From an uncultured Nitrospiraceae bacterium (GTDB lineage: Bacteria > UBA10199 > SBBF01), in NCBI GenBank assembly GCA_964592255.1, contig CAZQCI010000006.1, positions 1-39,892 on the forward strand: a DNA stretch of 39,892 nt, written 5' to 3'. The notes beneath the pieces were generated by a model. That model saw only the letters and a program-made list of their open reading frames with translations, did no database searches and was not told the DNA's origin. A program made the position numbers and the translations under genes. This document shows positions 16,478 through 25,424 of the stretch, piece after piece (positions within the stretch are counted from its first letter, which is position 1; every line of letters starts with the position of its first letter).

Positions 16478-17491
16478 TTAGGGTCTGGGTAAATGTCCCC
16501 CACCGCTTGGAAAAGTACTCGGATCGAAAGTACCTGGTGTCCAGCCGCTACCGCCAAAACATTCTGGGTAACCATCACCGTTAAAATCCATAATTCCACA
16601 ACCCAAACTAGCATTATCGGTGCTGTTCACTGTAATAACGCAGGTTTCTGAGCATTCTTTATCATCAGGAATATCATCACCGTCCGTATCGTAATAGCAC
16701 CCATTCCATGAAGAGGTATCGGTATTACTTACAGCTAAAGTAGAATCTTCTGCTTGATCCGGACATTCATCGGTTCCATCCGAGATGGCAGTGCCATCAG
16801 GGTATGCATTGTCTGTGACCGTATCACCATCGCGGTCGGAATCGCAGGCGTCCCCACAGGCTTGGGATCCATCAAAAGTGGCAGAACTGCAATCGCCATC
16901 CGTATCTTTTTGATCCGAATCGCTGACTTCGGGGCAAACATCGGCTGATAAGGCAATGCCGTCACCATCGCTGTCGTCATCGCACGTGTCGCCGGTACCA
17001 TCACTATCGGCATCTGCTTGGTCGTAATTATAATCTGTAGGGCAATTATCCGAACTATCTATAGTGCAATCACCATCGGTATCTGTTCCTGTAGCGCAAT
17101 CGCATGTATCACCAATACCGTCACCATCACCATCGGCTTGATCGGAATTACTGGTGCCGATGCAATTATCACAAGACACTCCGGCAGCAGTATATTCCGC
17201 GTAGGTTAAGACATCATTTTCATCGGTATCATAAGAAAGGCAGGAAAGGTCAGCATGGCCATCATCATCGGAATCACATGTACTTAAAACAACGGTGTCG
17301 GTAGCATCGTTAGGGCCATGGTCGCAAGAGTCCATTAATCCATCACCATCGGTATCTGTTTTAACCGATTCGCCACATTCTAGTCCGGTGCAAGCAGCCG
17401 TATTGCCGCCAGATCCACCTCCACCACTACAGGCCAAAAGAGTTAAAATAAAAACCATGAATAAAGGACGTAAGAATCTCATACTTTCCAA
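16478..17491 (-). CDS. lipoprotein with thrombospondin type-3 (calcium-binding) repeats
   Basis: Signal peptide with an LLAC lipobox and a Gly-rich tether. Repeated DxDxDGxxDxxD blocks include DNCPTDYNYDQADADSDGTGDTCD, matching the TSP3 repeat. Very Asp/Cys-rich. Confidence 0.7.
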   Translation of the reverse strand: MESMRFLRPLFMVFILTLLACSGGGGSGGNTAACTGLECGESVKTDTDGDGLMDSCDHGPNDATDTVVLSTCDSDDDGHADLSCLSYDTDENDVLTYAEYTAAGVSCDNCIGTSNSDQADGDGDGIGDTCDCATGTDTDGDCTIDSSDNCPTDYNYDQADADSDGTGDTCDDDSDGDGIALSADVCPEVSDSDQKDTDGDCSSATFDGSQACGDACDSDRDGDTVTDNAYPDGTAISDGTDECPDQAEDSTLAVSNTDTSSWNGCYYDTDGDDIPDDKECSETCVITVNSTDNASLGCGIMDFNGDGYPECFGGSGWTPGTFDPSTFPSGGGHLPRP

Positions 17492-17702
17492 TGTAGCAAA
17501 CTTAATGCCAAACCGTTTAAATTATAACTATTTGAATTTATTAAAAATTTATTTTCTATTTCAGAAAAAGGGAGGTTCTTTATCTCCATAAAAAGATCAA
17601 AATGAGAAAAAACTCCCCAGAATGGATTTGTAAAAAGAGATGGAGGTTGACGCCCTTTTTTTCAAGAAGTAAGAAAGGACAAACTTCAAGTAGCGAGTCC
17701 TT

Positions 17703-18179
17703 TTGATTATGATGTCCCTTATTTTAAACACAAAAGTTGGTTCTGTTCGTGTGGAATCGAGTGAAAAAGGAATTTCGCATATTTCTTTTACTCAAGAAAA
17801 AAAGTCTCGATCTTTGCCACATCCTTTTTTGAAAAAAGCGTCTATCTGGTTGGAATCTTTTTTTGAAGGTGATCCATCGCCTTTTCCTTGGGATCTTTTA
17901 GATCTCTCTCAGGCTACCGATTTTGAGCGTCGGGTATGGAAGACGTTATGGAAAATTCCTTTTGGTGAAACTCGCAGTTATAAAGATATTGCCCGCTCTA
18001 TTAATTGTCCTCGTGGTTTTCGTGCTGTAGGAAATGCCAATGGCAGAAATCCAGTTCCTATTATCATTCCTTGTCATCGCGTGATTGCCCATGACGGAAG
18101 TTTGGGTGGTTATTCTTGCGGATTAAATTTTAAGAAAAAACTGTTAACTCATGAAGGGGTCGATTTTCGTGAGCACTGA
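17703..18179 (+). CDS. ogt: methylated-DNA-protein-cysteine methyltransferase (Ogt)
   Basis: Active-site PCHRV and the HTH of the MGMT family, at 158 aa. Confidence 0.8.
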   Translation: MIMMSLILNTKVGSVRVESSEKGISHISFTQEKKSRSLPHPFLKKASIWLESFFEGDPSPFPWDLLDLSQATDFERRVWKTLWKIPFGETRSYKDIARSINCPRGFRAVGNANGRNPVPIIIPCHRVIAHDGSLGGYSCGLNFKKKLLTHEGVDFREH

Positions 18180-18714
18180 TGCCCAGTGGATGCAGCACGC
18201 CTTGGATTTGGCGCGCGTGGCTTTTAAAGCAGGTGAGGTGCCGATAGGGGCTCTTATTGTCAAAAATGATGAGGTGCTGGCTGAAGCTTATAATGTTCGA
18301 CAGGGTTCCAAAAACCCTCTCGACCATGCCGAAATTCGAGCTCTTAAAGAAGCGGCCGAAAAAATAGGTGATTGGCGGCTTACAGGATGTACTCTCTACG
18401 TCACGTTGGAGCCTTGTCCCATGTGTTTGGGAGCGTTGTTTCAAGCTCGCATTGACCGTTTAGTTTTTGGATGTGCGGATCCTAAAAGAAAAGAAAATGA
18501 AATTTTTCCTACACTTCTTTCACAACCATCTGTTTTGAACTTCAACAATCACAACCTTGCCGTTACGAGTGGCGTGCTTGCGGAAAACTGCTCTCAAATT
18601 CTTAAGGATTTTTTTAAGATGAATCGCGAAAAAACACATGATGAAAAATCGGAGATCTCGGAGATTATTGTATCATCACAAGGGGGTTCTTGTGGATTTC
18701 CGGATGAGTTTTAA
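18151..18714 (+). CDS. tadA: tRNA-specific adenosine deaminase (TadA) with C-terminal extension
   Basis: HAEIxA ... PCPMCxGA zinc-deaminase motifs. It overlaps ogt by 29 nt (or 11 nt from the GTG at 18169). The roughly 40-aa C-terminal tail is atypical. Confidence 0.85.
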   Translation: MKGSIFVSTDAQWMQHALDLARVAFKAGEVPIGALIVKNDEVLAEAYNVRQGSKNPLDHAEIRALKEAAEKIGDWRLTGCTLYVTLEPCPMCLGALFQARIDRLVFGCADPKRKENEIFPTLLSQPSVLNFNNHNLAVTSGVLAENCSQILKDFFKMNREKTHDEKSEISEIIVSSQGGSCGFPDEF

Positions 18715-18715
18715 A

Positions 18716-19003
18716 TTATTTTTTCAGACCTAATCTTTTTTCCATTTCTTCCAGAGGGATGTAGTCTTTTATATCCGTATTTTTTTCCCGTTCCAAAGCC
18801 ATGTGACCCAAAACAGTGTCTTCAATTTCATCTAACAATTTTTCCATTTTTTCGTATTCTGCAATGGGAACAATAACCGCAACGGGTTTTTGTCTTTTAC
18901 CCAAAAAAACTTTGGAACTTTTGGCTAGCTTTAAAACTTTATCGAGCTGAGTTCTAAGTTCCGATACGCCTACTAATGTGGATGGTTGATTGAAATGATA
19001 CAT
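18716..19003 (-). CDS. Phd/YefM-family type II antitoxin
   Basis: VSELRTQLDKVLK...KPVAVIVPIAEYEKM matches the YefM/Phd fold consensus, at 95 aa. Confidence 0.7.
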   Translation of the reverse strand: MYHFNQPSTLVGVSELRTQLDKVLKLAKSSKVFLGKRQKPVAVIVPIAEYEKMEKLLDEIEDTVLGHMALEREKNTDIKDYIPLEEMEKRLGLKK

Positions 19004-19123
19004 AATGCGTCACTTGTAACACAAAGTATCATAAAATAGCAACTGAAATACTATTTCATTTATTATTATATTTACAAAATGATAAGGTTCAATTAGTTAA
19101 CTTGTTAATATAATGGAGAAAAT

Positions 19124-19426
19124 ATGTGGCAAATTATCATCGATCCTCTTGTTGAAAAAGAAGATTTTAAAAATATACCGCTAGAAGATCAAAGACTAAT
19201 TCTTAGGACTCTTCGCAAGAAATTATCTCTTTCTCCCGATAATTTTGGTAAGCCATTAGCCAAAGAATTAAAAGGCTATCGGTGTTTACGCGTTGCGGAT
19301 TATCGGGTCATTTACCGAATTCTCCATCAACAAGTTATTGTGAAAGTAGTCAAAATTGGTGCTCGACGTGATGATGAAGTTTATGAAGAAATGTTAAAAA
19401 GATTACCATATTTGCCTGAATTATAA
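19124..19426 (+). CDS. RelE/ParE-family type II toxin
   Basis: KGYRCLRVADYRVIYRI...VIVKVVKIGARRD matches the RelE/ParE core, at 100 aa. It is divergent from the Phd-like gene, with a 120-bp AT-rich shared promoter region between them. Confidence 0.65.
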   Translation: MWQIIIDPLVEKEDFKNIPLEDQRLILRTLRKKLSLSPDNFGKPLAKELKGYRCLRVADYRVIYRILHQQVIVKVVKIGARRDDEVYEEMLKRLPYLPEL

Positions 19427-19431
19427 GATTT

Positions 19432-20814
19432 ATGTCCACCCGTTTCTACAAACTGCTGCAAAAATACGACGTGCCGGCGCCGCGGTATACTAGCTATCCA
19501 ACGGTATTGGCTTGGACGGAGGACGTTGGTGAAGTGGATTATGCGCAAGCCCTTAGTTCTGTAACCCTTGATTCTTGCCACCTCTCTCTTTATTTCCATC
19601 TGCCGTTTTGTGAAAACTTATGTCATTTTTGTGGTTGCATGCAGGTGATCACTAAAGATCATTCTCGTTCACGCGAATATGTAGATCAATTGCTTAAAGA
19701 AATTGATTACGTCATTTCTTTTCTTCCATCCAAGACCCGTAAGGTTGGGCAAATTCATTTTGGAGGCGGCACGCCTAATTTTTTACATCCCGATGAGTTG
19801 ACGGAAATTATGCAAAAAATCTGGGAGAATTTTGAAGTATTACCCGATGCTGAAATAGCCATTGAAATGCATCCGCGCACTTCTACAAAAAAGTTTTGCA
19901 CTAATCTCAAAACATTACAGTTTAATCGTATTTCACTGGGGGTTCAGGATTTAGACCCAAAAGTTCAAAAGCTGATTAACCGAAATCAAACCTACGAGAT
20001 GACCAAGGGCATGTTAGATACTTTGCGTTCCTTGGGTTTTGAAGATTTCAATATTGACCTCGTCTATGGACTTCCCGGACAGACGATGGAAGGTTGGACT
20101 CAAACACTACAGCAAGTGATTGGTTTTAAGCCTAATCGTCTAGCGGTTTATAGCTATGCTCATGTTCCTTGGGTAAGACCCGTCCAGCGTACATTTGCCG
20201 ATGCTGACCTTCCAGATCCCGCTACAAAGTTGAAATTGTTTCAACAGGCCTACACTACTTTTATTTCAAACCATTATCGCCATATTGGCATCGATCATTT
20301 TGCTCTTGAATCTGACGAATTGTGCCGTGCCTTGGATGAAAAAACGATTCATCGTAATTTTATGGGTTATTCTACTAGGGCTGATAATCATCAAATTGGT
20401 TTTGGAGTTAGTGCTATTTCTTATGTGAACGGGAACTATTTTCAGAATCAAAAAGATTTAAAAAAATATTATGAAAAAATCCGCAGTGGCTCTTTGGCTA
20501 CACTCCGAGGTTTTATTCTCAATCAAGATGACCGTATGAGGCGTGATTTGATTACCCAAATCATGTGTCATGGTTTTCTAGATCTTTCAGTTTTTGAGAA
20601 AAAGTGGAACATTGATTTTTGGAAATTTTTTTCTCAAGAAAAAGAGCAATTATCTCCTTTTGTTGCGGATGACCTTTTGGAATTGTCTTCAAAAATTTTT
20701 CGTGCCAAGAATGAAGGCACTTTATTTTTAAGAAACATGGCGATGGTTTTTGATGCCCATCATGCTGTTATTAAAGCCAAGGCTAAAACACCGGCTTTTT
20801 CTCGGTCTGTTTAA
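19432..20814 (+). CDS. hemN: oxygen-independent coproporphyrinogen III oxidase, radical SAM (HemN)
   Basis: PRYTSYPT N-terminal motif, the CxxxCxxC cluster (CENLCHFCGC), and the HemN C-terminal domain, at 460 aa. Confidence 0.85.
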   Translation: MSTRFYKLLQKYDVPAPRYTSYPTVLAWTEDVGEVDYAQALSSVTLDSCHLSLYFHLPFCENLCHFCGCMQVITKDHSRSREYVDQLLKEIDYVISFLPSKTRKVGQIHFGGGTPNFLHPDELTEIMQKIWENFEVLPDAEIAIEMHPRTSTKKFCTNLKTLQFNRISLGVQDLDPKVQKLINRNQTYEMTKGMLDTLRSLGFEDFNIDLVYGLPGQTMEGWTQTLQQVIGFKPNRLAVYSYAHVPWVRPVQRTFADADLPDPATKLKLFQQAYTTFISNHYRHIGIDHFALESDELCRALDEKTIHRNFMGYSTRADNHQIGFGVSAISYVNGNYFQNQKDLKKYYEKIRSGSLATLRGFILNQDDRMRRDLITQIMCHGFLDLSVFEKKWNIDFWKFFSQEKEQLSPFVADDLLELSSKIFRAKNEGTLFLRNMAMVFDAHHAVIKAKAKTPAFSRSV

Positions 20815-20816
20815 TT

Positions 20817-21245
20817 ATGATGTATCTTACATTTAAATCGCTTCATATCATTTTCATGGTCGCTTGGTTTGCCGAGCTATTTTATATCTTTCGTTTGTTT
20901 GTCTACCATACCAAGCACCAAGCAAATCCGGAGCTTTGCAAAGTGTTTGAGATTATGGAGCATAAACTGATTTATTTTATTGGCCATCCCGCAATGCTTT
21001 TCACGATTATTTTTGGCATTACAATGATTTTTAAAAACCCGTCTCTATGGCAAGAAAAATGGTTGCACGCCAAGCTTGGATTGGTTGTTTTATTGATGGG
21101 TTATCAATTTTTCTCCGGTTTTGTCCGACGCAAAATGGCAAAGAGAGATTTTTTTCTTTCGGAAAAAGCATGCCGCATTATTAACGAAGTTCCAGCGTTA
21201 TTATTGATCGCTATCGTTTTTTTAGTGATGTTAAAGCCGTTTTGA
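20817..21245 (+). CDS. hemJ: protoporphyrinogen IX oxidase HemJ (UPF0093 family)
   Basis: N-terminus YLTFKSLHIIFMVAWFAELFYIFRLFVYH matches the HemJ family hallmark. It has 4 TM helices at about 140 aa. Confidence 0.7.
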   Translation: MMYLTFKSLHIIFMVAWFAELFYIFRLFVYHTKHQANPELCKVFEIMEHKLIYFIGHPAMLFTIIFGITMIFKNPSLWQEKWLHAKLGLVVLLMGYQFFSGFVRRKMAKRDFFLSEKACRIINEVPALLLIAIVFLVMLKPF

Positions 21246-21264
21246 GACATGAGCTATTTTTATT

Positions 21265-22275
21265 ATGATTGGTATTTTGCTTATCAACCTTGGAACTCCC
21301 GATGCGCCTACTACTTCAGCGGTACGGAAATATTTGCGCGAATTTTTGTCCGACCCTCAAGTTATTGATATTCATCCTTTGATGAGATGGATGTTGGTGA
21401 ATTTTATTATTAGTCCTTTTCGTTCACCCAAGTCGGCCGCACTTTACGAAAAAATCTGGACCAGGGAAGGTTCCCCTTTATTAGTACACACCCGAAATTT
21501 AACGGAAGAAGTGGGGAAAAAATTAGGATCTAATTATCGCGTTGCTTTTGGCATGCGTTACGGTCAGCCTTCCATTCGGCAAGGTTTGGAATCTTTAATT
21601 CAAGCGGGAGTCTCCTCAATTAAAGTATTGCCACTCTATCCTCAATTTGCCCTGTCTTCCACGCAGTCAACCATTGATCATTTGCGCTCTCTTCTGCCGC
21701 AGCTTAAAGATCCTCCAGCACTCGAAATTCTACCGCCGTTTTACAATCATCCAGCTTATATCGATTCTTTTTTTCAACAAGGAGTTAAGGTCATTAAAGG
21801 CTCTCCTGTGGATCATATTCTTTTCAGTTTTCATGGCTTGCCTGAACATCAAGTCAAAAAAACTGATTCCACGGGTCAACATTGTTTTCAAAAAGAAAAT
21901 TGTTGTGACGTTATCACTGATGCCAACAACAAATGTTATCGGGCGCAATGTTTTGCTACAGCCCGCGCGATTGCAAAAAAAATGCAGCTTAAAGAAGAGG
22001 ATTATACGATTTGCTTTCAATCTCGCTTGGGTCGCAGGCCCTGGATTAGGCCTTATACAGATGAGGTGATTTTAGAACTTCCAAAAAAAGGAATTAAGAA
22101 TGTTGCCGTTTTTTGTCCGGCTTTTGTAGCCGATTGTTTAGAAACATTAGAAGAAATTGCTCTGCGTAGTAAAGATCTTTTTATTAGCGCTGGTGGTAAA
22201 GAGTTAAAATTAATTCCTTCCCTTAACGCGGAACCTATCTGGGTGGAAGGGCTTTCTCAAATTCTGTCTTCATGA
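21265..22275 (+). CDS. hemH: ferrochelatase (HemH)
   Basis: N-terminus LLINLGTPD..VRKYLREFLSD and the ferrochelatase fold, at 336 aa. Confidence 0.85.
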   Translation: MIGILLINLGTPDAPTTSAVRKYLREFLSDPQVIDIHPLMRWMLVNFIISPFRSPKSAALYEKIWTREGSPLLVHTRNLTEEVGKKLGSNYRVAFGMRYGQPSIRQGLESLIQAGVSSIKVLPLYPQFALSSTQSTIDHLRSLLPQLKDPPALEILPPFYNHPAYIDSFFQQGVKVIKGSPVDHILFSFHGLPEHQVKKTDSTGQHCFQKENCCDVITDANNKCYRAQCFATARAIAKKMQLKEEDYTICFQSRLGRRPWIRPYTDEVILELPKKGIKNVAVFCPAFVADCLETLEEIALRSKDLFISAGGKELKLIPSLNAEPIWVEGLSQILSS

Positions 22276-23447
22276 ATTTTTTAGATTCCATTAAAAACTT
22301 TCAAGAAGCTATCACAGGCCCTACGTCCTTATCCTTAATAAAGGAATTTGAAAGGAATGAAGATGAATGGCAGGAGCTGATTTGCCAAATTGAAAACGCT
22401 GAAAAAACTATTTTTATTTCCACTTTTTTTATTGAACCCGATTTTTATGGGCATACTTTAGTCGATGCCCTTATCCGTGCGATAAATCGGGGAGTGGTCT
22501 GCGTTGTGATTGTTGATCAATCAGGTGAACGTCTGGCCGGTTACATGCATCATAAAGGTGGGGATATTGCTTTTCGTAAAAAATGGTTCCAGTTTATAGA
22601 AGCTGGAGGTTACCGGATTGAGCATCAGCCGGCCCATTGCTTTAAACGCTGGGCTAGCCGCTTTACTCCGGGAGGCAATCATTTCAAATTTTTTGTTTTT
22701 GATGAAAAACAAGCAATTCTAACGGGCAGAAATATTGGCATCACCAGTTTTGAAAAATGGCAAGATTACGGAATGCTTGCCGAAGGTTCCTTTGTTACGT
22801 GGTTGGCTCAAACTCGGAACCATCTTTTAGCCATCAATAAGAAGGAATCTCTCATTTCTTTATTTCCTCCGCCTGTAACTTCATCCTCCCCTCAAGAAAA
22901 TATCGAATATGTAGATTTTGATCCTTTTCATATGAGAGGAAGCAATGCCATTACTTCGTTGTTTCTCGCTAAAATAAAAGCCGCACGTTCTGAAATTCTT
23001 ATCAGCAGTTTTATGTATAAGCCAACATCATGCTTGAATCGGGCTGTCATGGAGGCTTCCTTGAGGGGGGTAAAAGTCAAGCTGCTCACCAGCGGAATTA
23101 ATGCGTTGCCGGACGGTAAGGTGGCTTATTGGGCGGCGGCTTGCGGTTATCAGGAATTGTTGGTGGCTGGCGTTGACATCTATGAATCAATCATCCCTGA
23201 GCATAGTAAGATTGTAGTTATTGATGGAGCATGGGCAGCTTGTGGTTCTTATAATTTCGAATTTGCGGCCCATGACCGTTTGCGCGAAGGAATTGTGTCG
23301 AGTCACAATCCTGCTTTTGTCAAAAGATTGAAAAATATTTTGGAGAAGCGTTTACAGGAAAACGTGAGTAAGCTGGTTAAAGGAGAAGGTTCGTTTAGAC
23401 AACGCATCGGATATGCGCTGATGAAATGGTTCAGATGGTTTTTTTAG
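22272..23447 (+). CDS. phospholipase D superfamily protein with two HKD motifs
   Basis: Two HKD motifs: HFKFFVFDEKQAILTGRN and HSKIVVIDGAWAACGSYN (HxKx4Dx6G..N). The ATGA start/stop overlap with hemH suggests translational coupling. No TM segment. Confidence 0.7.
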   Translation: MNFLDSIKNFQEAITGPTSLSLIKEFERNEDEWQELICQIENAEKTIFISTFFIEPDFYGHTLVDALIRAINRGVVCVVIVDQSGERLAGYMHHKGGDIAFRKKWFQFIEAGGYRIEHQPAHCFKRWASRFTPGGNHFKFFVFDEKQAILTGRNIGITSFEKWQDYGMLAEGSFVTWLAQTRNHLLAINKKESLISLFPPPVTSSSPQENIEYVDFDPFHMRGSNAITSLFLAKIKAARSEILISSFMYKPTSCLNRAVMEASLRGVKVKLLTSGINALPDGKVAYWAAACGYQELLVAGVDIYESIIPEHSKIVVIDGAWAACGSYNFEFAAHDRLREGIVSSHNPAFVKRLKNILEKRLQENVSKLVKGEGSFRQRIGYALMKWFRWFF

Positions 23448-25408
23448 TTTTTCCGCCATGCGTGCACAAAATCGACTAAAGCCATGACGTTATCCACGGG
23501 GGTTTCAGGCAGGATGCCGTGGCCAAGATTGAAAATAAATCCGGGGCGATGCCCCACGCTTTTTAAAATTTTTTCCGCTTCTCTAAAAATAACTTCCGGT
23601 TTTGAAAATAAAATCAAAGGATCTAAGTTTCCTTGAACAGCGACGTCATTTCCCAACTGATCCCAAGCGGCTTCGATATCACAATGCCAATCGATGCCAA
23701 TGACGTCGCCGCCAGTTTTTTTCATCAGTGGCAATAAAGATGCTGTCTCGGTACCAAAGTGGATCACAGGAATTCCTTTTTTAACTCCTTGAATTAGTTT
23801 TTTCGAGTGGGGAGCAACGTAAGTGCTATATTCAGACGGATTAAGCTGACCAATCCAGCTGTCGAAAATCTGAATGACTTCAGCACCTGCATTAATTTGT
23901 TCATTCAAATAGTCGATTGAGGCAACAGTGATTTTATCGAGAAGCTGATTCCACGCTTCCGGATGTTCGTGCATCAGGCGTTTGGTGAGGATGGAATTTT
24001 TGGGGCTGCGTCCCTCGATCATGTAAGAAGCGACAGTAAAGGGCGCCCCGCAAAAGCCGATCAAAGGAATTTGAGGGTCCATGTGCGACCGCACTTTTTT
24101 GATGGCACTTACGACATAGGAGAGCGATTCTTTTACATTCACTTTTTGAAGTGCTGCGATGTCGTCTAACACCCTCACAGGATTGGCAATGACTGGGCCT
24201 TCTCCTTTTTTATAATCAAGTTTTAATCCCATCGGTTCCAATATCAGCAAAATATCAGCAAAGATAATGGCCGCGTCTACATTCAATCGTTCGATGGCCG
24301 TTAAAGTGGCTTCAGCAGCGCGGTCGGAGTTTTTGCAGAAATCCAAAAATTCCATGCCGCTTCGTGACAAATGATATTCCGCCATATAGCGCCCGGCTTG
24401 ACGCATGAGCCAGACGGGAATTTTTTTGTTAGGTTGCCTGTGGCAAGCGTTTAAAAAAATATTTTCTCTGGTTTTTTGTTGTTGGTCTCTGGTCTCTGGT
24501 CCCTGGTCTTTCGTCTTTAAATCCAGATGAGGATAATCCCTCCATACCTGGGCTTCATCAGCACGTTTTCTCTTTTTGTCCAAAATTTCTTTTCCCTTTT
24601 CGGCGACTAAGTTAATGAGAGCATCGTTTTTGTTGGGGTTGGCTTCACAATCGGGAAAAATTTGGTTGTCCCGCAAATTTTCACTACAAACAGGACCAAT
24701 AGAGGCGATACCGACACGATGAAGGGCACGACGGAAAGCCAGTTCTTCATTTCTTTGCCGTACTACTTGCAATACATGATCTACATGAACTTGAGTCGTG
24801 AAAAGGCAGAAGTCAACACGGCCGGCTAATATTTCATCAATGGCTTTGTTGAGCGGGTTTAAATCATCCGGTAGTGCCCAAGAATAAACTTGAAGGGTTG
24901 AAACTAAAGCCCCCTTTTTTTTCAAGCCGTTTAAAAACTCATCGTTGGATACGCCATATTCTAAAACAGTGATTTTTTTTCCTCCAACATCCACTGTATC
25001 CAGCGTGGCTAATATTTCGCGCCAGGTGTTGGGTTCTTTCACAATATAAGCCATAGGAATATTATTGAGGGTGCATACCGCCTTTGGCTTAGGACCACGG
25101 ACAACTATTTTGGTTTTAGTGGAAAGTTCTTTATGAATTTCTTCCTTAGAAAATTTTGTTTCTAAAGTGGCAAGCAAAGTGCGTGTTGCCACCCCGGTCA
25201 TCAGGACGAGGTAATTGATGTTTCCTTTTTTAAGTTCTTCAAAAAAATGGAAAGCCTGGGTGTTATTTTCTAGGGGTATTTCTTTAAGAGCTGGCGCTGG
25301 TAAAGCAGTTCCGCCATGCTTTTCGATTAACCTTTGAAGTGGTAACTCCATGCGGCTTTCAAAAGCAACGATAGAGAGTCCTTCCAAATTTTTTGTGCTG
25401 GATGGCAT
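23444..25408 (-). CDS. hemE: uroporphyrinogen-III synthase (HemD-like) fused to uroporphyrinogen decarboxylase (HemE)
   Basis: The C-terminal ~350 aa carry the HemE hallmark PVWLMRQAGRYM and full-length URO-D similarity. The N-terminal ~260 aa resemble HemD (HEM4). The two are joined by a charged low-complexity linker. This is a single uninterrupted 654-aa ORF. Confidence 0.75.
   Translation of the reverse strand: MPSSTKNLEGLSIVAFESRMELPLQRLIEKHGGTALPAPALKEIPLENNTQAFHFFEELKKGNINYLVLMTGVATRTLLATLETKFSKEEIHKELSTKTKIVVRGPKPKAVCTLNNIPMAYIVKEPNTWREILATLDTVDVGGKKITVLEYGVSNDEFLNGLKKKGALVSTLQVYSWALPDDLNPLNKAIDEILAGRVDFCLFTTQVHVDHVLQVVRQRNEELAFRRALHRVGIASIGPVCSENLRDNQIFPDCEANPNKNDALINLVAEKGKEILDKKRKRADEAQVWRDYPHLDLKTKDQGPETRDQQQKTRENIFLNACHRQPNKKIPVWLMRQAGRYMAEYHLSRSGMEFLDFCKNSDRAAEATLTAIERLNVDAAIIFADILLILEPMGLKLDYKKGEGPVIANPVRVLDDIAALQKVNVKESLSYVVSAIKKVRSHMDPQIPLIGFCGAPFTVASYMIEGRSPKNSILTKRLMHEHPEAWNQLLDKITVASIDYLNEQINAGAEVIQIFDSWIGQLNPSEYSTYVAPHSKKLIQGVKKGIPVIHFGTETASLLPLMKKTGGDVIGIDWHCDIEAAWDQLGNDVAVQGNLDPLILFSKPEVIFREAEKILKSVGHRPGFIFNLGHGILPETPVDNVMALVDFVHAWRKN
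24484..24518. repeat. imperfect heptanucleotide tandem repeat (GGTCTCT-like, x5) inside the HemD-HemE linker coding region
   Basis: GGTCTCT GGTCTCT GGTCCCT GGTCTTT CGTCTTT. The unit length is not a multiple of 3. Confidence 0.5.
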
Positions 25409-25424
25409 GTGGAAAACGGGAATT

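Noticed and set aside
14605-17304. Multiple 60-100-aa ORFs in both strands within the S/T-rich and TSP3 genes
   Set aside because: Low-complexity GC-skewed coding sequence generates open alternative frames. None has an RBS or motif.
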